Below, in pieces: positions 49,815 to 59,945 of a stretch of DNA of 64,000 nucleotides. The notes under the pieces are model-generated. The model worked only from the letters and a program-made list of their open reading frames with translations, ran no database searches and had not been told where the DNA came from. Origin of the DNA: Sedimentisphaerales bacterium (GTDB lineage Bacteria > Planctomycetota > Phycisphaerae > Sedimentisphaerales > Anaerobacaceae); the NCBI GenBank assembly GCA_963708075.1, contig OY970194.1, positions 6,176,001 through 6,240,000 on the forward strand, read 5' to 3'. The position numbers and the translations under genes are program-made. Every line of letters starts with the position of its first letter. Position 1 is the first letter of the stretch.

Positions 49815-51164
49815 TCATCGTTTTCGCAGCAGGGTCAGGGCGGCCTGGAGGACGGGGTCAGTGGTTTCCAGTGCCGCTGGTGTCACGGCGATGGGGATGT
49901 CCGGCGTGATGCCTTGGCCTTCCAGACAGGTGCCGTCGGGACGCAGGTTCTTCCACGAGGGCAGGTACACGGTGACTCCGTTGCCGAGGTCCGTGGGCTT
50001 GGGATTACCGGAACTGCCGTAGGAGGTCGAGCCGATCAGCTTGCAGCCGGGGACCTGCTTCATCATCAGCAGGAACGACTCGCAACTGCTCATATTCGCC
50101 TGACCCATCAGCACGGCGACTTTGCCCCGATACTTCGGCCGGGACTTGTTCGGCTCCAGGATGCGGTCGTGCGGCTCATCGAATCCGCCGGCCGCACCGG
50201 CGGAGCGGTACACGTGCTTGCTGTACACGACGGGCTTGTCGACGAAACAGCCGGCGAACTGCTGCGCCAGTGGCTCGGCGCCGCCGCCGTTGGGTCGAAC
50301 GTCTACGATGAGGCCCGGCGCATCCGGGCGCTCCCCGATCACGGTATAAGCTTGTTCGAGAGCTTCGGTGCGGTCCACGGACCAGCTATCGATGAGGATG
50401 TAGCCGATACCATCTTCAAATCGGCCGGTGTAAACGCCGTTGCTGAGCTTGCGGAATCCGGGCACGACCTTCCCCAGCACGGCGAGGTTGTAGTTCCGCG
50501 TGATGTCCCGCTTGTACGGATGGATTTGCCTGCCGCCGACCTCAAGCCAGATATGCATGTCCTTCGCTTGACCCAGTAATTTCGCCGCCGCCTGTGCGAA
50601 CAGGGCGGGGCTCTTGGCGTTCTCCATCTCCGGGCCGTACTTGCTGAACAGGGCAGGCCAGTCGAGCTTGCGGAGGTCGCGATAGGAGTACTGCTCGTCG
50701 ATGGCCTCGCGCAGATTCTTGACAGCCTCGGCATTACTCACGGCGCTTTGGGCCGCTGACTTGACGGCGCCTTCCCCCGCGGCGGTTGTGAATGTTATCG
50801 GATAGGGCGTCGCCGGCTCGCCCGCGGCGCTGCGGCAATTGGTGGCGGCGGGGCAGTTGATGCTCAACCGGTACTCGTGGTCTGGTTCGAGTATGACGCG
50901 GGCGGTCAGGGTGCGCTTATCCGCCCATCGCGGCCGGCCGATGATCTTCGGGTATTGCGGCCCGCCCCCGCAGATCGAGTATCCTCCCGACGCCATGTCC
51001 TGATCGAAGACAAACCGCATCTCCTTCAGGCCCGGGTCCACGTTCGGGTCGCCGTTTTTCGGCACAGTCTCGATCACCTTCGGAGACGCCGCCGGCAGAC
51101 TCGCGGCCGGCAATGTCACAAGAGCTGTCCACACCATGATGATGGTTCGCTTCGAGATTCCCAT
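49815..51164 (-). CDS. Secreted S41-family peptidase with N-terminal Ig-like domain
   Basis: Signal peptide; IVDVRPNGGG, MSSCESF, GSSGNP, EGQGITPD. Confidence 0.85.
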   Translation of the reverse strand: MGISKRTIIMVWTALVTLPAASLPAASPKVIETVPKNGDPNVDPGLKEMRFVFDQDMASGGYSICGGGPQYPKIIGRPRWADKRTLTARVILEPDHEYRLSINCPAATNCRSAAGEPATPYPITFTTAAGEGAVKSAAQSAVSNAEAVKNLREAIDEQYSYRDLRKLDWPALFSKYGPEMENAKSPALFAQAAAKLLGQAKDMHIWLEVGGRQIHPYKRDITRNYNLAVLGKVVPGFRKLSNGVYTGRFEDGIGYILIDSWSVDRTEALEQAYTVIGERPDAPGLIVDVRPNGGGAEPLAQQFAGCFVDKPVVYSKHVYRSAGAAGGFDEPHDRILEPNKSRPKYRGKVAVLMGQANMSSCESFLLMMKQVPGCKLIGSTSYGSSGNPKPTDLGNGVTVYLPSWKNLRPDGTCLEGQGITPDIPIAVTPAALETTDPVLQAALTLLRKR

Positions 51165-51280
51165 GTCGTCACCTCGCTTTTTTAACCTTGTTGACGTGAG
51201 AGAACACCGCTGCCACCATTATGCGCGCGAGGCGTGCCAGGATCAAGTCCCGTGCTTGGTGCAAGCTCTGGGCACTGTGC

Positions 51281-51374
51281 CGGGTGGCAGCGGCAAGCGC
51301 CAGCTTGCCGATGGCTCCTCAGACGCATAGCACCATCGGCAAGCTCCGCTGCTCTCCGCTTGCCGCTGCCACCC
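51281..51374. repeat. GTGG-type REP doublet, subtype A (reverse orientation)
   Basis: Arms match the family; 18-nt spacer. Confidence 0.88.
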
Positions 51375-51430
51375 AGACCCCTCATGCCACGGCTGTCAAA
51401 ATCTTGTCGTGCACGCATGTGTCGGGCGCA

Positions 51431-51460
51431 AGAGAAAGGCCGGGCTGGACGGCCCGGCCT
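51431..51460 (-). terminator. Intrinsic terminator candidate after the anti-sigma gene
   Basis: AGGCCGGGC/GCCCGGCCT stem followed by TTCTCT on the minus strand. Confidence 0.5.
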
Positions 51461-51481
51461 GGATGGGATGCGGGAGTGGGC

Positions 51482-53230
51482 TTACTGGCGTTGCTGAATC
51501 ACAAGGGTGCAACGGCCGAACTGGGTGGCGGGCTTGTCGGTGACAGCCGACGTGAAGGGCTCGGCCCACGTGTCCTTCGGCGGAATGGTCAGCTCAAAAC
51601 CACTGTTCGGATCGACGCCGACTCTCAGCTTGTAGGAAATGACGGGGATCAGGGTTCGCAGGTCCGTCCAGTACTTGCCCTCCTTGAACTCGAATTCGCC
51701 AAGCGGTACGTGCCATTGGCAGATCATCATCGTCTGGCCCGCCGACAGCTTGTCCAATGGCAGCTCGATGTTGTATGTGCCGTCGCCCGTCTTGTGGAAG
51801 GGCAGCGAGGCGAAGTCCTGGGCCGGCTGGCCGGGCCCGCCGAGCAGCACCGCCTCCAGCGGAGCCTTGGGATAAGGCAGCCGAACCGGCATGAGCGATG
51901 TGTCTTTCGGTCCCTTCATGAGCGTCAGATATGCCTTGACCTGCACCCTGCCATCCGGCAGGACGTAGCAGAAGTCATCCTGGCTCCCGACGAAATCGGG
52001 CTTGGACCATTGCTGATAGCCGGCGCTGGGCTCGAAGACGTCATCGGCCGGCAGCGGCTCGGGCAGATTCTCCCGGGCCACGTCCTCGACGCGCAGGTCC
52101 CCGTAGATCACGCGGTAGGTTGTCGATCCTTTTGGCCGGTACCAGAAGATCGCCTTGTCCGCCTCGCCGAGTTTGACGCCCTTGCCGCGATAGTACCACT
52201 TGCCCTCGCCTTTGTAGAATCGGGTGAACAGCAGGTACTGCTGCAGCTTCATGCCAAGGGCCATTTCCTCCTCGCTGGACAACTTCATCGCCTCGGTCTT
52301 CTTGGTGATGCTCGGGACCTGCTTCAGGAAGTCGTCCACGGCCACGCCATCGGGGAAATCTCCGTCGTTGAACGTCTCCGCCAACAGGCGCAATCCCTCC
52401 ACAAAGTCCGCCTCGGTCGCACTGTTCAGATCGAGCTCCACCTGTTGGAGCTTGTAGCCTTCGGGGGCGTCCATGCTGAACAGGGAATCGTCGATGGGAA
52501 CGTCGAACTGCATGTTCCGGCAGATGACGTTCAATTGGCCTTCCTTGCTCTCGATGCGGACGGGCAGGCCGGTCTTGGAATCGGCCCAGACTGTGACCTC
52601 CACCTGCGGGTGTTTTGCCAGGAACCCGACCACCTCCCGGCCGTCGATTTCCCGCGTGCCGAGGTCCTCCACCACGAAGTGCGGGCTGTCCTGGAGTCGG
52701 ACAATGGTATTCTTCAGCAATTCCAGGTAATTCGGAATCTCGGGCAAACCCTTGAGGTCGATGTACGCTGCCTCTTTCTTCTCCTCCGTCAGGGTCAGGA
52801 TGCGTTTGCTCTCCAGATCGATGATGCTGACATTTCCGGGGATGTTCGATATCGTCCGCCGAATCCGTGAGCCCACGACCATGTCGCGGATGACCGGTGA
52901 GTTTGGCTCCTCCACGCCGACAATGATATCGAAGACCGCGGAACTGGCATTGAGGATGGGTTGAATGGCTTGTGCGAAAGTCACGCTTGACCCGCCGACG
53001 AATTGCAGTCCGATCAGGACCGCCACAATGATGGCCGCCGCAACGGCCAATTTGCTCCATCTACTGTTCATGAGTATTCTCCCCAAGCTCTTGCGAGCTT
53101 GTTGTCCTTCAGTTTCCAGGATGGTCCGCCGGACGCGATCCATCGCCCGGCTTGTGGCCTCGGGCGACGGCTGCACGCCGGCGAGCAGTTCCAACCGGCG
53201 GTGGAGTTCCGCATCATTGATCTTCGACAT
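51482..53230 (-). CDS. Putative anti-sigma factor: TM helix plus LolA-like periplasmic domain and extra C-terminal domains
   Basis: Overlaps the ECF gene; KLAVAAAIIV TM; VWADSKTGLPVRIE...DDSLFSMDAPEGY LolA-like signature. Confidence 0.7.
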   Translation of the reverse strand: MSKINDAELHRRLELLAGVQPSPEATSRAMDRVRRTILETEGQQARKSLGRILMNSRWSKLAVAAAIIVAVLIGLQFVGGSSVTFAQAIQPILNASSAVFDIIVGVEEPNSPVIRDMVVGSRIRRTISNIPGNVSIIDLESKRILTLTEEKKEAAYIDLKGLPEIPNYLELLKNTIVRLQDSPHFVVEDLGTREIDGREVVGFLAKHPQVEVTVWADSKTGLPVRIESKEGQLNVICRNMQFDVPIDDSLFSMDAPEGYKLQQVELDLNSATEADFVEGLRLLAETFNDGDFPDGVAVDDFLKQVPSITKKTEAMKLSSEEEMALGMKLQQYLLFTRFYKGEGKWYYRGKGVKLGEADKAIFWYRPKGSTTYRVIYGDLRVEDVARENLPEPLPADDVFEPSAGYQQWSKPDFVGSQDDFCYVLPDGRVQVKAYLTLMKGPKDTSLMPVRLPYPKAPLEAVLLGGPGQPAQDFASLPFHKTGDGTYNIELPLDKLSAGQTMMICQWHVPLGEFEFKEGKYWTDLRTLIPVISYKLRVGVDPNSGFELTIPPKDTWAEPFTSAVTDKPATQFGRCTLVIQQRQ

Positions 53231-53759
53231 GCTGAACCTCCTTTCCACCGGCCGGCGAATGATCGCATCCGAGCACGTCACGCAATGCACTCATCGCCTT
53301 GAAACACAGGGCACGAGCCTGGTGAACCGTCTTGCCGAGCTGCCCGGCGATCTCTTCGTACGAGTCCTGCTGGATATACAGCATAATGAGAACCTCGCGC
53401 GAGGCGCCGTTGAGCTGATCGATCGCAGCGAGGACCTGCTCGAGCTCCTCGGACTCCATGAGCCTGCTCAACGGTGCCGCTTCGTTTGAGGCACGTTCCG
53501 CCGCCGCATCGAGCGAGCAAGCCCGGCGGGTCGCCTGCCGGCGACGCCAGTCGAAGGCCAGATTGATGGCCGTCCGGCGGGCATAGGCATACCAGCATTC
53601 GATTCCGCCCTGGTCCCTGGCGCCATGGAGCTTGATGAACAAGTCCTGCATGAGCTCCTCGGCCACGTCCTCGCGCAAGGTGAGCCTGGCCAGCAGGGCG
53701 TGAAGTCTCGCCCCGGATGTTTCCAGCAGCTCGAGCAGTTCTGTTTGTCGTTGACTCAA
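53214..53759 (-). CDS. ECF sigma factor
   Basis: AEELMQDLF region 2, AINLAFDWRR, region 4 SYEEIA; AGGAG before TTG 53759. Confidence 0.85.
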   Translation of the reverse strand: MSQRQTELLELLETSGARLHALLARLTLREDVAEELMQDLFIKLHGARDQGGIECWYAYARRTAINLAFDWRRRQATRRACSLDAAAERASNEAAPLSRLMESEELEQVLAAIDQLNGASREVLIMLYIQQDSYEEIAGQLGKTVHQARALCFKAMSALRDVLGCDHSPAGGKEVQHVEDQ

Positions 53760-53904
53760 TCCAGGCTCCTGTTTCGACTCGTGCCTCAGCACTTCACCAT
53801 TATAGACGAGCGAGCCCCTCCCGCGCAACCGGTCCATGGGGTAGAATGATATTTTCGCCCCTACCAAGGTAGGCGTAAGCCGTTTGGCTTGAAAGGTTAA
53901 TGAT

Positions 53905-53998
53905 GGGTGGCAGCGGCAAGCGCAGCTTGCCGATGGCTCGCGGGGTGTCCCTAACACCATCGGCAAGCTCCGAAGACTCCGCTTGCCGCTGCCACCCG
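53905..53998. repeat. GTGG-type REP doublet, subtype A (reverse orientation)
   Basis: Lies between divergent ECF genes; 20-nt spacer. Confidence 0.9.
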
Positions 53999-54098
53999 TC
54001 GCTCTGGGCGACAGGGCAATATTTCCGACAGGTGCAAGAGGCGTTCTCGTTCGTCTCAAGAGTGGATACGGTATCCGGGATTTGGCGACAGGACGGCA

Positions 54099-54639
54099 AT
54101 GCTGGACGATCCGATACTCCTGTGGAGATCGAAGCGGGGCGACCGCAAGGCGTTCGACCTGCTTTATGAGAGGCACCTCGACACGCTGTTGACGGTGGCG
54201 ATGAGTCTGCTGGGCAACGCCAGTGATGCGGAGGACGCCGTGCAGGCGGTGTTTGCGTGGTTCATCGAATCGCTCGACACGATCACGCTTCGCAGCAATC
54301 TCCGCAACTTCCTGGCCGTCTGCGTGGCCAACAAGAGCCGGGATATGCTCCGCAGGCGAAACAGGCCCCTCGCGAACCCCCGCGGTCCGGTCACACCTGC
54401 TGATGCTCCGGAGACGCTTGATCTGGTGGTCCACAGCGAACAAATCCATCGTCTTGTGGATGCGTTGGCCAAGCTGCCTTACGAGCAGCGGGAAGTGATC
54501 ACGCTGCACATCCACGCGGGACTGACGTTCCGGGCTATGGCGCGCGCCCTGAAGGTCTCCGCTGGGGACGGTGCAGAGCCGATATCGTTACGGCCTCAAC
54601 AATCTGAAAACGGCACTCAATGGAGAGGGCCAGACATGA
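54099..54639 (+). CDS. ECF sigma factor, frameshifted near 54558
   Basis: GDRKAFDLLY, DAEDAVQAVF, LPYEQREVI; the shifted frame gives PLGTVQSRYRYGLNNLK ending at TGA 54639. Confidence 0.8.
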
Positions 54640-55865
54640 AACGAGATAAGAAGATAGAGAGTCTTGCCGCCGAGGTGCGATACAGGAGCAGCGACTGCGT
54701 CCGGACAAGGATACGTTCGCGCCTGGATGGAGTGTGGCAGCGTCACCTCTGCGAACGAGGCGGCGGGCTCGTGCGAGTTGTCTTCGGAGGACGCACAATA
54801 GCCAATCTGTCGAAAGTAACAGTCATCACTCTGTTGCTGATTGCTGCCGGCGTATGGATCATCCAGATCAACAGGTCCACAGGCCCTGCCTACGCTTTGG
54901 AGCAGACGGCCGATGCCGTCAGGGAGATCCGATACTTTCATTTCCAGTTTATCCTGCGTCCAAAGAAGCCGGCGCGGGAGGCCTGGGTTGAGTATGATGC
55001 GAACGACTCCATACGCAATGTCCGGGTCAACTTCTATGACCAGAACTCCGTCATGGTCTGGGGCGAGGACGTGACGCAGTACTGGGACCAGGACAAACGC
55101 GAGATACGGGTATTCAAGGACGATGAATATACTGAGAAAATCCTGTATTTCGTCCAGCGGCACGACCCGCGGCAGGCCATTGCGTATCTTCAGCAGCGGG
55201 CAGAGCAGAGCGGTATCCAGATCGATATCGACCAGCCACAGGCGAGCACAGACCCTGTCACGGTCACCGTCACCTACGATCCCAATACATATCTGATCGG
55301 CAAAGCGCAGCCTCACATGCGCGAGTTCTACCACATCGATCCTCTGACGAAACTGATCACCAGCGTGGATGTGGAGACATTTTCCGACGGCCGCTACATG
55401 AGCAAAGGGGCGTGGGAGTACATCGACTATAATTGGCCCTTCGATCCCAACACCTTCAATCTCAAGGCCGAGGCGGGCGCGGACGTGAACGTGTCCGACA
55501 CGACGGGCATTGCCATGGGCGTCGAGCAAGACCAACTCTCCGACGAGGAGGTCGCGATCAAGCTCGTGCGCGAGTTCCTCGATGCGTGGGCGGCAAAAGA
55601 CTACGACAAGGCCGCACAGATCCACGGTTACATGGCGATGGGTCAGGTAGAGAAGCTTGCGGAGATACTGAGCAGGAAGAGCATCCTGCAAGTGGTCTCT
55701 ATCGGGCCGCCGGTTCGTGCGGAACAACCTCTGCGTGGCCTGTTCGTGCCGTGCGAGGTGGAGTACGAAGAGAATGGACAGAAGGCCGCCATGCACCTCA
55801 GGACACACGTGAGCCGGTACTCCAAAGGCCGCTGGCTTATTCGCAATATTGGCATGGGGCCGTGA
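54636..55865 (+). CDS. Putative anti-sigma factor (single TM, periplasmic LolA-like/NTF2-like domains)
   Basis: ATGA overlap with the corrected sigma stop; GGAGAGG RBS; TM followed by AYALEQT. Confidence 0.65.
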   Translation: MKRDKKIESLAAEVRYRSSDCVRTRIRSRLDGVWQRHLCERGGGLVRVVFGGRTIANLSKVTVITLLLIAAGVWIIQINRSTGPAYALEQTADAVREIRYFHFQFILRPKKPAREAWVEYDANDSIRNVRVNFYDQNSVMVWGEDVTQYWDQDKREIRVFKDDEYTEKILYFVQRHDPRQAIAYLQQRAEQSGIQIDIDQPQASTDPVTVTVTYDPNTYLIGKAQPHMREFYHIDPLTKLITSVDVETFSDGRYMSKGAWEYIDYNWPFDPNTFNLKAEAGADVNVSDTTGIAMGVEQDQLSDEEVAIKLVREFLDAWAAKDYDKAAQIHGYMAMGQVEKLAEILSRKSILQVVSIGPPVRAEQPLRGLFVPCEVEYEENGQKAAMHLRTHVSRYSKGRWLIRNIGMGP

Positions 55866-55877
55866 GGGAACGGAATG

Positions 55878-56339
55878 CTATAACCACCGACGGACGCGGG
55901 ACTTGTAGCGCAGGTATGGCTCGCCGAATCTCGCTTCCAGATGTCGTTCCTCTCTTCGCACTACGCTCCGGTCCATGATGAGCAGGACCGGGACCACCAA
56001 TAGCAGGACCCAGGCATTGTTGAGGAGAAATCCCGCGCCGAGGTACCAGAGTGTCAGAGCGATGTACGCCGGATTGCGCGAGAAGCGGTAGGGGCCGTCC
56101 GTAATCAGTGCCGAGGCCGGCCTATGAGGGTTGAATGGCGTGTCGGCCCGTCGAAACCGCAGGAGGACCGGTGGCATGATCGCTACACCCACCGCAATCA
56201 AGGCCGCGCCGACAACGCCGCCCCATGGCCCCGGCAAAAGCCGGATCGGCCACCAGTGATTCAGTCCAACCCCAACCAACAGCGCCGCCACGTATATCAC
56301 CGGCGGATGAATACGTATACCCGGTCCTTCACGCTTCAT
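55878..56339 (-). CDS. Isoprenylcysteine carboxyl methyltransferase (ICMT/PEMT) family protein
   Basis: LITDGPYRFSRNPAY; REE..L...FG..Y..Y...VRRW. Confidence 0.9.
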   Translation of the reverse strand: MKREGPGIRIHPPVIYVAALLVGVGLNHWWPIRLLPGPWGGVVGAALIAVGVAIMPPVLLRFRRADTPFNPHRPASALITDGPYRFSRNPAYIALTLWYLGAGFLLNNAWVLLLVVPVLLIMDRSVVRREERHLEARFGEPYLRYKSRVRRWL

Positions 56340-56500
56340 GTGTCGCTCTCATGAGCTAATCCTGCCACCTTCTCCTTACTGATCGTACACAGGGTCGATT
56401 GTAGCGACGTTCCAACTGGAGTGCTATTGAGAAGGCGCATAGAAGAGCCGGGCGCGAGGGGGGGCCCGGCTTTGCGTTGTTGCTTGACAGGAATCGTGGT

Positions 56501-57824
56501 CTACTTCGGCAGGTCCTCCGACCTGGCATCCGCGACGTGCAGGTCCGCGTAGATGACCCGCCAGGTGGCCGAGCCTTGGGGCTGGTACCAGAAGATCGGC
56601 GTGGCTGGATCGCCGAAGGGGACGTTCTGGCCCGCGTAGCGCCAGGTGCCTGCCGGCAGGACGGTGATGAAAGCCAGCCCGCGGTACATCACCTGCTGGG
56701 AACCGAAGTCCCAGCCGGGCTTGAACTTGCCTCCCTGAGCCATCTGCACGACTACCTTGGCGATCTCCGGTCCAGCCACCATTGGCGGAAATGTCCCATC
56801 CACCGTCCACTGTGACCAGGCGCAGGAACTCGGTGAAGTCCCGCTCGCCGATATCGGCGGCGTCTGCCCGGATCTCGATAGGGACATACCCCGCCGGCGG
56901 TTCGAGGCTGAAGAACGAATCCTCCAAATCGACGTCAAGCTGAAAGTCGCTCATGATCACATTCATCCCCGGCGCGCTGGGAACCTCCAGCTCCACTCGT
57001 ACCGGCCGGCCGCTCCCCGGGTCGATCCATACCGTCGTCACGGTATCCGCCTCACGGACGCGGAAGCCGTCGAGCATCCGCCCGTCCACCTCTCTGCTCC
57101 CCAGTTCCTCATCGGCTTGCGCCGGCAGGGCCCGAAGCGTCTCGATCATCGCCCACGGGTCCTTGGCGGGGTCGTCCGGCACATTCTCCATGTCGAACTT
57201 TGCGTAGTTCTTCGCTACCGGAACAATGCCGATCCCTTTGACCTTGTTGCCGATGGCCTGTGCCACGGTGATGTAGCCGTCGGCAGTGGCCGTTCGGATG
57301 AAGCGCGTGCCCCCCATCTCCTTGAAGGCGACGTCCATGCGTACCGTGGGCATGTTCTCCATGCCTGTCTTTGTGACCATGCTGTAGGTCAGAGTCTGCG
57401 CCTTGTGCAACTGGCTGACCGCGCGGGCGTAGACCTTGCCGGCGCTGTCGCCTGGGAAGAGGTTGAGGCCTACAGTCGCGGCTAGAACCACCCCGGCCGC
57501 GACAGCTAATTTCGTCATTTGACTGCTCATGATCGTTCTCCAAAATATCGCCGCAGAGGATTCGAGCCCGCGGCGCGATTGATCTTCACCTTGCGATTTC
57601 GCAGCCAGCAGAACCTTGCGGTTCGCCGACTCCACGGTGTGCTTCTCATCCGGGACGGCGCTCATGCGATCGGCACAGTCGAGCAGCGACTGGAGCCGCT
57701 TGACGGCTTGCCTGCATGACTCGCACTCCCGGATGTGTGCTTCTATCTCACCAGCCTTCTCGGAAGGCAACTCAGCGAGCACGAACTGAACAAGCTGTTC
57801 ATTGGTCACATTGTGAGGACTCAT
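56501..57824 (-). CDS. zf-HC2 anti-sigma factor with LolA-like domain, frameshifted near 56820
   Basis: HIRECESC (HxxxCxxC), TM, VWIDPGSGRPVRVE; ORF 56501-56938 supplies a C-terminus homologous to the 51482 protein. Confidence 0.78.
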
Positions 57825-57836
57825 CGCTTACCTTCT

Positions 57837-58337
57837 TCATTGGTCCAGGTACTCGTGCAACTCGCGGGCCAGCCTGGCCAGTGCCCGGTGCAGATGAACG
57901 CGAACGGTGGACTCGGTACAGCCCATGATCCTGGCGACTTCGGACGTCTCCAGCCGTTCCAGCCGCAACAGGATAAATGCATCTGCCTCCCGTCGGGGCA
58001 GCCGGTCGAGGGCGGCAGCCAATCGCTGCTGCAACTCGTCAGCCACCAACGCATCCTCAGGCCCGTTCGTAGTGACGCCGTCAGGCGTTTGTTCCGGACC
58101 ACGGACGATCCGCCGACGAGCCAACTCAAGGGCCTTGCGAACAGTGGCCCGGTACAGGTACGCCGGCCAGTTCACCTGTCCGTTGTACTTGTGCCAGCGA
58201 CGCCAGATGGACAGGAAGACCTCCTGATGCACATCGTGTGCCAGATTCGCGTCGCGCAGGACGCGAGTCGCTGTGCGGAGGACCGATCCGCCGTGCTCGT
58301 TCACCAGGTTTTCAAAGCTCTGATCCGACACTGTCAT
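57837..58337 (-). CDS. ECF sigma factor
   Basis: AHDVHQEVFL, LPRREADAF, STVRVHLHRA. Confidence 0.9.
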   Translation of the reverse strand: MTVSDQSFENLVNEHGGSVLRTATRVLRDANLAHDVHQEVFLSIWRRWHKYNGQVNWPAYLYRATVRKALELARRRIVRGPEQTPDGVTTNGPEDALVADELQQRLAAALDRLPRREADAFILLRLERLETSEVARIMGCTESTVRVHLHRALARLARELHEYLDQ

Positions 58338-58502
58338 ACTTTCCGGCAACAAAAACGTTTCCAGGCCAAGGCCCGGCTGCATGCAGCTTGAGATCTCTGC
58401 CCTTATAGAGGGCCTCGCCCACCCCCGCGTTTACAGGAAATCCCGGCCCGCGAAATTGGCTTTGTTTCGCAGGATCGGCCAAAGGATTGCCGGTCGTCTG
58501 GA

Positions 58503-59498
58503 TCATTCGGGCTTCAGATCTGTCGGTTTCTCAGCCAACGTGTCCTGCAGCTTCTTGAGGATCTCGGGCGAGGGAACGTTGCGGTCCTGCATCACCAGGT
58601 CGGCAAAATTGTCGGCGAGGATTTCTTCGGGATGAATGATATATTGCGTGTTTCTACCCACCTGCTCGAAGAAGCCGGTCACTCCCTGGACATCGACAAG
58701 TCGGGGCTGCTGCCCCACGTACAGAGGCTTTGTGTTGGGCGAATCGCTCCGGTGGTCCACCAGCAGTAGCTGGAACTGCATATAGCGGAAGAACTCGCCG
58801 CCGCGGCTGACGTCATATTTCTCCGCTCGTGAGAAGAGGATGGGGACGGCCCAGACATCTGCTTCGGCCTCCCGCACGCGGATGCAATGATCGTTCGCGG
58901 GGGCGTCGGGATTGGTCAGCTTGCGGCTCCGGAGCGTCTCGGGGAACTCGATTTCGGCGCACCTCGCGAAGCCGATCGCCTGGTACAGCCGGTCCCGCAA
59001 ACCGGGATTGCTTCGGGAGAGAATGTGAAAAAGCTCGTGGGAAATGAGCTTGGGATCCAATGCCCGGCTCTGCGTCAGTTCACGTTTCGGCAAGATCAGG
59101 GCATGGCCGCGCGTGTACGGCACGTTGCCTTCTTCCTTGCCTGTGGTCTTGACCACATAGATCACCTTGGGCCATGGCAGGGCCAGCCGGTCCAGGGGCG
59201 CTTTGAGCCGGTCGAGGGCCGGGGCGAGGGATGCTTTGTCCGCGTCGGTCCAGTCGAGCACATTCTGCCCGACGAACTCCAGGAACGCTTCTTCGGAAAC
59301 GTCAGCATCGGTCTTCATACGGGCGGCACGATCGAAGGGGCTGAGCGCCCGGATGAAGTCGTCGCGGGTGGTCAGGATCTTCCTGCCCTCGTCCGCTGTT
59401 GCGAAGGTGACGATGGTGCCACCGCTGAGCCTGGTCTGAGCCTGGCAGGCTCCAACCGCCGTCAAGGCAAGCCCGCACATCATGAGTGACCTGTTCAT
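58503..59498 (-). CDS. Secreted hypothetical protein, possible zinc metalloprotease
   Basis: Signal peptide; HELFH (HExxH) and HPEEILADNF. Confidence 0.65.
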   Translation of the reverse strand: MNRSLMMCGLALTAVGACQAQTRLSGGTIVTFATADEGRKILTTRDDFIRALSPFDRAARMKTDADVSEEAFLEFVGQNVLDWTDADKASLAPALDRLKAPLDRLALPWPKVIYVVKTTGKEEGNVPYTRGHALILPKRELTQSRALDPKLISHELFHILSRSNPGLRDRLYQAIGFARCAEIEFPETLRSRKLTNPDAPANDHCIRVREAEADVWAVPILFSRAEKYDVSRGGEFFRYMQFQLLLVDHRSDSPNTKPLYVGQQPRLVDVQGVTGFFEQVGRNTQYIIHPEEILADNFADLVMQDRNVPSPEILKKLQDTLAEKPTDLKPE

Positions 59499-59677
59499 AT
59501 GTTTACCCCGACAGAATTCCCTCTGCCGGCGAAGGCATGACCGTACCGTTCCCTTCGCGGCTCAGCACGTTACAGACATAACCCCTATCAAAGAAAGACC
59601 TTCGCGTCAAGGCTATTGGGAGACAGCCTACCTGATGGGTGCACGACAGGATTGTGGCAGAGCAAACATGAGGCTGT

Positions 59678-59767
59678 GGGTGGCAGCGTCAAGCGCAGCT
59701 TGGCGATGGCGTTCCTGGAATGCGGCGCAACCATCGCCCAGGCCATCGGCCTTGACGCTGCCACCCG
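59678..59767. repeat. GTGG-type REP doublet, subtype B (reverse orientation)
   Basis: Arms match the 21697 copy; 21-nt spacer. Confidence 0.88.
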
Positions 59768-59912
59768 GCTCTCAGGCTATTTTCGCAGACACTATCGGAC
59801 CTGAACGGTAACAAGCAGGATATCAGCGGAAGTTGCACTCGATACGTAACGAGGGTGCCTCTCTCCGCTGGTGATGAGAAAAACTTGAAATAATCGAAGT
59901 GCACGCCCGACT

Positions 59913-59933
59913 AATAGTACGAATCGTACTATT
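59913..59933. promoter_or_regulatory. Perfect palindrome, candidate PadR operator
   Basis: AATAGTACGA-A-TCGTACTATT, 12 bp upstream of the padR start. Confidence 0.6.
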
Positions 59934-59945
59934 GGAGATCGCGAA

